Positions 17,967 to 25,070 of a stretch of DNA of 64,000 nucleotides are shown here, piece after piece (within the stretch, counting starts at the first letter, position 1; each line of letters begins with the position of its first letter). Source of the stretch: a virus. Below the pieces are notes generated by a model. It saw only the letters and a list, made by a program, of their open reading frames with translations, had not been told where the DNA came from and ran no database searches. Location: the IMG/VR virus record IMGVR_UViG_3300029999_000001, positions 3,557 through 67,556 of that record; one strand, given 5' to 3'. The position numbers and the translations under genes were made by a program.

Positions 17967-18140
17967 CGGCCCCGGCCCGGTGACGGGCCGCCCCTAGCTG
18001 TACTGACCGCCAGCCTTCCGGGCTGGTGCCGCTGGTGACGGCGGACGGCAGAAATGGTCGGTCGACCCCTGGCCCCGTGCCTGACGCGCGGGGCCTTTCG
18101 CATGCCCAGACCACATTTCCCCAGCCCGGAAGGCACAGCC
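17967..18140 (+). promoter_or_regulatory. Structured leader of the major capsid gene
   Basis: Several hairpins; 18013-18026 is the exact reverse complement of 18121-18134, which contains the GGAAGG RBS. Confidence 0.65.
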
Positions 18141-19523
18141 ATGCCTAGTGAACTGAGGGAGGCGCTGACCGCCGCTGGCGCGTCCGCCCTCATCCCCAAG
18201 ATCATCGACCCGCAGCTCCTGGAGTACATGCGGCGCTTCTCACCCATGGTGCGGGCGATCCCCATGACCAAATGGGACGCGGACGTCTATTACTTCAACC
18301 AGCGCACCACCCTCGCGACCGGCGGGTTCGTGTCCGACGGCGGCGCAGTCCCCGTCTCCACCAGCACGTACGTGCAGAACAACTTCCAGATGAAGCACCT
18401 GCAGGTCGTCGGCGCGGTCACCGGCTACGCGCAGCAGGTCACCCGGCAGGTCATCGACGACCTGAGGCAGACTGAAATCGAGGGGGCCATTCAGGGTCTC
18501 CTGTGGGACATCGAAACCGGCATCGACTGGGGCAACTCCGCGTCCACGATCAACGGCGCCCGCCCCCAGTTCGACGGCTTGGACACCCTGGTGTCCACCT
18601 TCTCCGGGGCGACGCAGAACGCGCAGGACAAGGGCGGCAACACGCTCACCACGGCCATGTTCGATGAGGTCATCGACATGGTGCAGCAGAACGTGGCCAT
18701 GCCGATCCTCGGCTCCAACTGGATGTTCGTCGCATCGTCCACCGCGCAGAGCAAGATCTCGCAGTTGCTGCAGAACCAGCAGCGGTTCAACGACAAGGTG
18801 GAGGTCGCGCCGGGTCTCATGGTCGACTCGTACCGCAACATCCCGATCGTGCTGACGTCGTTCCTGTCGCCGCGGTCCTACCAGATGGGCACCGTGACCC
18901 CCGGCACCTCCAGCGCCGGGACGTGGGGCGGCTCGTACACGCTGAACGCCACCTACCGGTACGTCATCAGCCCGGTCATCGCCCGCCAGGGTGAGATCCT
19001 GCCGGCCGTTGAGGTTTCGCAGGCGGTCACGACCGGCAACGCGCTGACTCTGACGTTCTCGACGCCGAGCGGCTCGGACGGCGGCCAGCCGATCTCCTAC
19101 AAGGTCTACCGGACCGCAGCCGGCGGCGCGGCAGGCTCGGAGACGTTCCTCGGCTACGTCGATGGCACGGTCGGTCTCGCGGCTGACATGGTGACCCCGA
19201 TCCTGACGACCGGGATCGCGGACACCGGCACAGCCCTGGTTCCCTACAACGGGTCCACGGTGCCCGGCACCCTGCCGACGGCGTACTACGGCACCAACAC
19301 CGGCCTGTATCCGCTCGCGGCGGGCCTGGAGAACATCTACCTGATCTCCAGGGACCGGAACTTCGTGATCCGCCCGTACGTGCGTGAGTGCACTCCGCTC
19401 GATGTCTACCCGACCACGAGCAGCCCGGATACACTTCCTTTCGCTCTAGTCGATGACACCTGCCTGGCTGTCCGGGGCCCGAAGTACCTTGGCAGGCTGG
19501 CCCGGGTCGCGACTAGCGTCTGA
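18141..19523 (+). CDS. Major capsid protein with inserted beta-sandwich domain
   Basis: Follows the scaffold; MPSELREAL...IPKIID, QFDGL, YRNIPIV HK97-fold-like pattern; Thr/Gly-rich insertion YRYVI...SYKVYR. Confidence 0.85.
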   Translation: MPSELREALTAAGASALIPKIIDPQLLEYMRRFSPMVRAIPMTKWDADVYYFNQRTTLATGGFVSDGGAVPVSTSTYVQNNFQMKHLQVVGAVTGYAQQVTRQVIDDLRQTEIEGAIQGLLWDIETGIDWGNSASTINGARPQFDGLDTLVSTFSGATQNAQDKGGNTLTTAMFDEVIDMVQQNVAMPILGSNWMFVASSTAQSKISQLLQNQQRFNDKVEVAPGLMVDSYRNIPIVLTSFLSPRSYQMGTVTPGTSSAGTWGGSYTLNATYRYVISPVIARQGEILPAVEVSQAVTTGNALTLTFSTPSGSDGGQPISYKVYRTAAGGAAGSETFLGYVDGTVGLAADMVTPILTTGIADTGTALVPYNGSTVPGTLPTAYYGTNTGLYPLAAGLENIYLISRDRNFVIRPYVRECTPLDVYPTTSSPDTLPFALVDDTCLAVRGPKYLGRLARVATSV

Positions 19524-19544
19524 CCTGCGGTTTTAGCGGTTCCG

Positions 19545-19585
19545 GGTGTCCCTCGCAGTGGCTACTCCGCATTGCGAGGGACACC
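19545..19585. terminator. Long hairpin after the capsid gene
   Basis: GGTGTCCCTCGCAGTG...CATTGCGAGGGACACC; no clear U tract. Confidence 0.55.
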
Positions 19586-19610
19586 TCATTCCCCCTGAAG
19601 GAGGCCGCTG

Positions 19611-19829
19611 ATGTGGCTCAGCAAGCACGAGGTCGGCGGCGGCTGCGCGGTCGGCCCGCATGAGTGGAAGAACGACGGCGACGTGACAGAGGTCCCCGAC
19701 GACCTCGGTAACGACCTGCTGCGCCTCGGCGGGTACCAGGTCGCGGAAGCACCAAAACCAGCCAGCAAGGGGCGCGGCAAGGCGGTCAGCGACGAGGGAG
19801 ACGGCAAGAAGGACGACGTGAGCAGCTAG
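19611..19829 (+). CDS. Small head-associated hypothetical protein
   Basis: GAAGGAGG RBS; position immediately after the capsid gene. Confidence 0.65.
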   Translation: MWLSKHEVGGGCAVGPHEWKNDGDVTEVPDDLGNDLLRLGGYQVAEAPKPASKGRGKAVSDEGDGKKDDVSS

Positions 19830-20143
19830 TCCTGCGGGTAGTCCGGGTGGTCGCTGTAGACGGCGGCATCGGTGGTCAGTACTTCCTCTAGCGCCTCGCG
19901 CTTAGCGAACTCGAACTCGGTTTCATCGATGTGGGTGAAGTTCACCGCGAATGTCTCCCACATGCGGATGTGTGCCCGCTTGGCCTCGACCTCGCGGAGC
20001 ACGCGGGCCGGGTAGCCGCAGTCGCACGGGAACTCAATCCGGCCATGAGTGGGCAGTGATTCGCAGGTCCGGGCATGGATCTCGCACCGGTCGCGATCGT
20101 CCTCGTCTAGCCGGGCAGCAATAAAGCCGGCAAGATCCGTCAT
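19826..20143 (-). CDS. DUF6221-like protein
   Basis: MTDLAGFIAARLDED...PARVLREVEAKR...YSDHPDY pattern. Confidence 0.75.
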   Translation of the reverse strand: MTDLAGFIAARLDEDDRDRCEIHARTCESLPTHGRIEFPCDCGYPARVLREVEAKRAHIRMWETFAVNFTHIDETEFEFAKREALEEVLTTDAAVYSDHPDYPQD

Positions 20144-20274
20144 GCAGCAATCTCCTTCAAGACGGCCTGCACTGTCGACAGGTTACGGCTGACTTCCTTC
20201 GCGATCTTGCGGTGCGACAAGCCGTCCCGGCGTAGGGCGACAATTGCCGCCCGCTCGTCGGCCGCTGTCGTCAC
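20140..20274 (-). CDS. Small HTH protein (44 aa, leaderless)
   Basis: ERAAIVALRRDGLSHRKIAKEVSRNLSTVQAVL; AAGGCT 6 nt before GTG 20274. Confidence 0.7.
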   Translation of the reverse strand: MTTAADERAAIVALRRDGLSHRKIAKEVSRNLSTVQAVLKEIAA

Positions 20275-20309
20275 GCCGCTAGCCTTCCACACCTGGCCGG
20301 GGGTGAGCC

Positions 20310-20975
20310 GTGGCCGACAGTGTGACACCTCTCTGCTCGGCCGCTCAGTTCACCGAAGGCGCGTTCGGTGACCTCGTGAAGGACTACAGCACTCAGGCTC
20401 TCAGCGACCTTCTGGTGGAGGCCACCCGGGAGTGCGAGTCGGAGACCGGCCGCCGCCTGGCTCCGTTCACGGGCCTGACGGAAACACACCGCGCCTCAGC
20501 CGTGGACCCCGACGAGTACACCGACTCAACGAACGTCCCCATGGACATTTACGGGACGCTCGGCCAGTCCTATGCCGCCAGCCTGGCCGTGACCAGCCTG
20601 GTGCGGCATTGCTGGCTGAACGAGTACGCGGTCCGCTACCCGGACCTGTGGCAGTACACCAGCGTCGACCAGCTCACGATCGTCCGGTCGTTCGGCGGGA
20701 CCGAGAACCTGTCATCGTTCCAGTACCAGGGCCCCGAACTCGACTCGGGGCATGTGTGGTTCAACCTGGGCATGTTCATCCCGATCGGCTCCCTGATCCG
20801 GGTCACCTACTCGGGTGGCTACACCATCGCGACCCCGGCGGATCTGGTGCGCGCCAACAAGCTGATGGCGGCGTGGCTGGTGGTGCGGGAACTGGACCCG
20901 GAAGCCACCAACCACGACCCGGACCAGCTGCACACCGACGCGCTGATGATCTTGAGCAACTACGACCGGGCCTGA
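20310..20975 (+). CDS. Head-tail adaptor/connector
   Basis: Position; LLVEATRECESETGRRL and RVTYSGGY...PADLVRA adaptor patterns. Confidence 0.75.
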   Translation: MADSVTPLCSAAQFTEGAFGDLVKDYSTQALSDLLVEATRECESETGRRLAPFTGLTETHRASAVDPDEYTDSTNVPMDIYGTLGQSYAASLAVTSLVRHCWLNEYAVRYPDLWQYTSVDQLTIVRSFGGTENLSSFQYQGPELDSGHVWFNLGMFIPIGSLIRVTYSGGYTIATPADLVRANKLMAAWLVVRELDPEATNHDPDQLHTDALMILSNYDRA

Positions 20976-20977
20976 CC

Positions 20978-21463
20978 GTGGCGACCGGCTGGAAACCACG
21001 CAAGTCAGCCCGGCGCCGGACTCACTCGTCGCGGGTGTGGGCGCACCGGGGCAGCAGGTCCAGCACAACGTTCATGGCGCACCGGGGCCGCAGCCAGTCA
21101 GTGTTCAGCGCGCACGGCTCCCGCGCCCTGACACCGATCACCGCGGCGTCCCTGGCCCGCGCCTCGGTAGCCGCGGCCAAGACGACGGCCAGCAGCAGCT
21201 ACAAGATGTCCGCGGCGTCGAAAGCGAAACTGCGCGCCGAACTCCGCGCGGACGTCAAGGCGAAGATCGACAAGAAACTCAAGGGCAAGCACTACAAGGC
21301 CAGGCACTACAAGATGTCCGCGGCGTCCAAGGCGAAGATCCGCGCGGAGGTCAAGGCAGACATCAGCAGGAAGCTCAAGGGTCACCACCTGTCGGCCGCA
21401 GCGAGAGCGAGCATCCGGGCGAAGATCCGGGCGGACATGAAGAAGAAGTACGGCTACTACTGA
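20978..21463 (+). CDS. Highly basic repeat protein (161 aa)
   Basis: GTG 20978 is in frame with the 20432..21463 ORF; K/R/H/S/A-rich; YKMSAASKAK repeated twice. Confidence 0.7.
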   Translation: MATGWKPRKSARRRTHSSRVWAHRGSRSSTTFMAHRGRSQSVFSAHGSRALTPITAASLARASVAAAKTTASSSYKMSAASKAKLRAELRADVKAKIDKKLKGKHYKARHYKMSAASKAKIRAEVKADISRKLKGHHLSAAARASIRAKIRADMKKKYGYY

Positions 21464-21681
21464 CCGGGCTCCCGGTGGCGGCGTTTCCACCGCCACACCT
21501 CAAGCCGGCTCATCGGATACCAGCCGCCTGCGCGTATCAGGCTGACAGGGCAGCGCTTCCAGAGGGCACTGCAGCCACCGCATCGCCAGATACTCCCGAT
21601 GGGCCCCTTAGCAGTCCACGTCTCGCACATGTGGCGCTCTGGCGCGGCGTAAGCAGTGCTGCCGCTCTCGTTGTCGTTCAC
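21457..21681 (-). CDS. Antisense hypothetical protein (leaderless)
   Basis: CATTCT 7 nt before GTG; HMC, CGGC. Confidence 0.5.
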   Translation of the reverse strand: MNDNESGSTAYAAPERHMCETWTAKGPIGSIWRCGGCSALWKRCPVSLIRAGGWYPMSRLEVWRWKRRHREPGQ

Positions 21682-21714
21682 GCAGCCAAGAATGCCAGCG
21701 TGAGGCGGTGACCC

Positions 21715-22215
21715 GTGGCCTACACCGGCATCAGCACCGTAGAGACCCGCGAAGCGGCCTGGCTGTGCGTCTCAACGGACTCGCTTCCGTCGCTGCTGAC
21801 CGCCAGCGGCGGCCCGTGGGACGTGATCCAGGCCTTCTGGACGAGGACCCCGGCGACGCAGAAGACGCAGGTCTACGTCATGTCACTGGACCTCCAGGAC
21901 GTCCGGTCGGCGAACATCCGGATCATGCCGCACTACGAGATCACCCTCGAACTGCACTGGCCGGTCCGGCAAACGTCCAGCCCGGTCGCGGAGCAGGAAC
22001 AGCAGGCGTTCAGGAACGCTATCGACCTGCTGATCCAGCGGATCAGGGGCCCGCTCGGGGATAAGACGCACGGCGGGTTCCTGTCCGTCGGCGAGGATCC
22101 GCGCTCCCCGGGCGTGCGTGTGGTGATCGAGCCGCCGTGGACGACGATCCCGGCCGGCAAGGAACTCCGCGCGCTCATCACGTACTACGCAGACGACTTG
22201 GAGATCAACGACTGA
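21715..22215 (+). CDS. Tail completion/terminator-like protein
   Basis: Position before the tail tube; size; GAGG RBS. Confidence 0.6.
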   Translation: MAYTGISTVETREAAWLCVSTDSLPSLLTASGGPWDVIQAFWTRTPATQKTQVYVMSLDLQDVRSANIRIMPHYEITLELHWPVRQTSSPVAEQEQQAFRNAIDLLIQRIRGPLGDKTHGGFLSVGEDPRSPGVRVVIEPPWTTIPAGKELRALITYYADDLEIND

Positions 22216-22368
22216 CCCGCCGTTCCGGCGCCGGATCGTAGCGGGTGCCAGCTCCCCGGCACCGGCCGGAACGACGTGGCCGGCGGCAGGCGTGACTCTG
22301 ACCGCCGCCCTTGCACCGGCACACGGCCACGCGAATGGCCGGCCCGATCGACCTTACAAGGAGATCCC

Positions 22369-22572
22369 GTGCCTGACGTGCTCGACGTGTCGGTGCCGCT
22401 CTCGCAAACCACCAACGGCTCCGCAACCACCGTCACCTGGACCGTCATCTATGGCCCGGATGATCCGCCGACTGCTGCGGTGCCTGCCCGGCCCGGGCCG
22501 CCCCGCCCATTCTTTCCGCCTATCGAGGAGGCCGCATGCCCCGACAGCGAAACGACACCGGCAGCGTGCTAG
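22369..22572 (+). CDS. Hypothetical protein
   Basis: AAGGAG RBS before GTG 22369. Confidence 0.5.
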   Translation: MPDVLDVSVPLSQTTNGSATTVTWTVIYGPDDPPTAAVPARPGPPRPFFPPIEEAACPDSETTPAAC

Positions 22573-22754
22573 TGGCCTTCGACCTGGACGGCGAGGCACG
22601 GAACATCGGACCGGGTGATGAGTTCGACTGCTCTCTCCCAGTGCCCGGCTGCACACCCGTGGACCCCCCCGGGGCGCGGGTACCGCCGGTCATCCGGCCT
22701 TCCGTCCCGGCCACTAAAGTGCACGACGACCCGGAGACGGGGGACCCGCGATGA
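22536..22754 (+). CDS. Hypothetical protein
   Basis: GAGGAGG RBS; ATGA coupling to the tail tube gene. Confidence 0.6.
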   Translation: MPRQRNDTGSVLVAFDLDGEARNIGPGDEFDCSLPVPGCTPVDPPGARVPPVIRPSVPATKVHDDPETGDPR

Positions 22755-23911
22755 CCTATCTGTCCCGGCTCGCCAAGCTCGGCGGCGCCAAGGAAGGCAC
22801 CCAGTACCAGTACACGGCGCCTGCCTTCAGCGTCCCGTTCACCAGCGCAAAGTTCAACGACAACATCGTCCCCATCCGGGACGAGTCGATGCGGGCGAAC
22901 GATGTGAAGCTCCAGGGCATCAACCAGGGCCCGTGGACAACCTCATGGGAGATCGAGGCGAACGGCTACCCGGACCTGCTCGGGTATTTCCTCCGCGCCA
23001 TCATCGGCCCCGACACGGTGACCGCTGGTGTGTCAACCACGCTGGCCTCAAACTGCGTGGCCGGGGCGACGTCGCTGTCGATGACCGCGAACCCGGGCAG
23101 CAACAGCATCATCCAGATCAATGATGCGACCGGCATCAACCTGGAATGGGTGCAGCTCGGCACCGTCACCGGAACCGGCCCCTACACCTGCCCCGTGGCC
23201 ACGCCGGCCACAGGCACACGGTTCGCGCACACCGCCGCCGGCGGGGCTGTGCTGTCCCAGAGCACGCATGTGTTCACCCAGAACCGGACCTTCACCACGG
23301 TCTGGCCGACCTACAGCTTCACCACCGATGACGGTCAGGATCAGCTCGGCTGGCCCGGCTGTGTCATGTCCGAACTCGGCATCAAGATCGACCCGAAGGG
23401 GTTCATCACCTGCTCCCCGAAGTACATGGGGTTCCCGTCGATCACCGAGGCGACGTTCTCGTATGCGGCGTCGGCGGTGCAGCCGGTCGTCGGCTGGGGC
23501 TGGACCGTGAGCAACCCGGGTGCCTCAACGCGCGGGCTGACGATGGACATCACCCTCAAACGGGAGATCGAGGCCATCCAATCGTCGGATGGGACGCAGG
23601 CACCGCGGGAGATCTTCCCCGGCCCGCTGGAGCTGGACGGCTCCTACAAGGCGGTTTACGACAACGCCAACGACATGGCCAACTTCAGGCAGTACCTGCA
23701 GACCGGGACGACGCATCTGCTGACGCAGCCGGTCACCTCGGGCGGGCAGTCGCTGCAGATCGAGATGGCCAAGTCCGGCTACACCACCGGTGAGGCGGAT
23801 CTGGGCTCGCTGTACGTGTCGCTGTCGCAGGCCGTCTCGGCGATCGGGAACACGAGTGACGGCGGCCTGACCACCGTGACCCTGAAGAACTACGTCAGCA
23901 CCTCCTACTAG
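22751..23911 (+). CDS. Tail tube (major tail) protein with inserted beta domain
   Basis: LGGAKEGTQY, YPDLLGYFLRAIIG, TFTT, LELDGSY tube-type motifs; no sheath gene nearby. Confidence 0.8.
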   Translation: MTYLSRLAKLGGAKEGTQYQYTAPAFSVPFTSAKFNDNIVPIRDESMRANDVKLQGINQGPWTTSWEIEANGYPDLLGYFLRAIIGPDTVTAGVSTTLASNCVAGATSLSMTANPGSNSIIQINDATGINLEWVQLGTVTGTGPYTCPVATPATGTRFAHTAAGGAVLSQSTHVFTQNRTFTTVWPTYSFTTDDGQDQLGWPGCVMSELGIKIDPKGFITCSPKYMGFPSITEATFSYAASAVQPVVGWGWTVSNPGASTRGLTMDITLKREIEAIQSSDGTQAPREIFPGPLELDGSYKAVYDNANDMANFRQYLQTGTTHLLTQPVTSGGQSLQIEMAKSGYTTGEADLGSLYVSLSQAVSAIGNTSDGGLTTVTLKNYVSTSY

Positions 23912-23929
23912 CAGGAAGTTTTCCTTACC

Positions 23930-24358
23930 GTGGCATACGCCAACCGCGTCATCACGAAGCACTTCACTGAGCTTGTGGAGCCCGGCGATGACATCTGGGT
24001 GACCATCCGCAACCCGCAGCTCATGTCCCCCGGCGAGTTCACGTCCAGCGAGGCAGACCTGGAGACCGGGCCGGACGGGCAGCCGGTCGCGAACGAGGCG
24101 AACAAGCGGGCCGTGAACCGGCTCGGCGCCAAGCTGATCATCGGGATGCGGGTGTATGACCCGACCGCCCCGATCGAACTGGACGACCACGGCAACCCGC
24201 TGCCCACCGCAGAACCGGTGCTGCTGCCGGCCAAGCCGGCAGCCGAGGACGTCGCGAAGTTGCCGATGGGAATCATCAACTGGCTGGCTCAGGAGCTGGC
24301 CAGGGTAAACCCTCAGCAGACCCCGGAGAGCCCGGGGGCTACTGGGAATCCGTCCTAG
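23930..24358 (+). CDS. Tail assembly chaperone (G)
   Basis: Directly after the tail tube; slippery heptamer near the 3' end. Confidence 0.8.
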   Translation: MAYANRVITKHFTELVEPGDDIWVTIRNPQLMSPGEFTSSEADLETGPDGQPVANEANKRAVNRLGAKLIIGMRVYDPTAPIELDDHGNPLPTAEPVLLPAKPAAEDVAKLPMGIINWLAQELARVNPQQTPESPGATGNPS

Positions 24359-24567
24359 CACCCGCCGAGTCGATTTACGACGGGACGTGGGCGCAGGACT
24401 GGATACCGGCGGAGGTCCGCGACTTCGAGCTGATGGGCGGCCTGCGGATCGCCTGGTCCTGGTCGGAGCTGCAGGAGACCCCGGTGTATGTGCGGCGGTT
24501 CTGCTGGGACCTCAAGCAGATCAAGCAGCGGTGCATCAACCAGCGGACGGAGCGCGGCCGTGGTTAA
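23930..24567 (+). CDS. Tail assembly chaperone G-T (-1 frameshift product)
   Basis: C CCG GGG heptamer at 24331-24337; the -1 frame reads PGGYWESVLAPAESIYDG...WSWSELQETPVYVRR to TAA 24567. Confidence 0.8.
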
Positions 24568-25057
24568 CAACGCTGCTGCGGAGGTGGCCGCGAACCTGCG
24601 GGCCATCCAGGCGCGCGCCCAGTCCGACGCCCCTATCGCCGCGGTGAAAGCGCTGACGGCAGCCGCTGAGACGACGGTGAAACTGGCGCTCACCGCCCGG
24701 TCCCACGCCAAGGGCGTGGGCATCCGGACAAACTCGCCGCCGGGCGCCCCGCCCGCGAAGGTGTCCGGGGACCTGGTGAAAGGCATCCACCGGACCCCGG
24801 CGGAGGCCATGGGGGCGGGCATGGCCTCCCAGGTGCTCGGTTCCACGACGGCCTACGGGGCTGTGCACGAGTTCGGGCCGGTCACGATCCGGGCGAAGAA
24901 CTTTCCCCAGCTCGGCAACCCGGAGGTGGGGTTTTTCGGCCCGGTCGTGAAGATCCCGAAACGGCCATGGATGAAGCCGTCCGTGGAACTGCTGATCACC
25001 TCCGGGGCGGGCTCGAAAGCCTGCATGACCGCCTGGGCAGCCGCCATCTTCGCTTAG
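24560..25057 (+). CDS. HK97 gp10-like neck/tail protein
   Basis: PGAPPA.VSGDLVKGI, YGAVHEFG, IPKRPWMKPS; GTG 24560. Confidence 0.75.
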   Translation: MVNNAAAEVAANLRAIQARAQSDAPIAAVKALTAAAETTVKLALTARSHAKGVGIRTNSPPGAPPAKVSGDLVKGIHRTPAEAMGAGMASQVLGSTTAYGAVHEFGPVTIRAKNFPQLGNPEVGFFGPVVKIPKRPWMKPSVELLITSGAGSKACMTAWAAAIFA

Positions 25058-25070
25058 CTTCCCGGGGGCG

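Noticed and set aside
18054-18140. Longer capsid start at 18054 from the ORF track
   Set aside because: The SD precedes ATG 18141, and the upstream stretch is structured leader.
20432-20977. N-terminal extension of the basic protein
   Set aside because: Overlaps the head-tail adaptor in another frame; GTG 20978 follows the adaptor stop.
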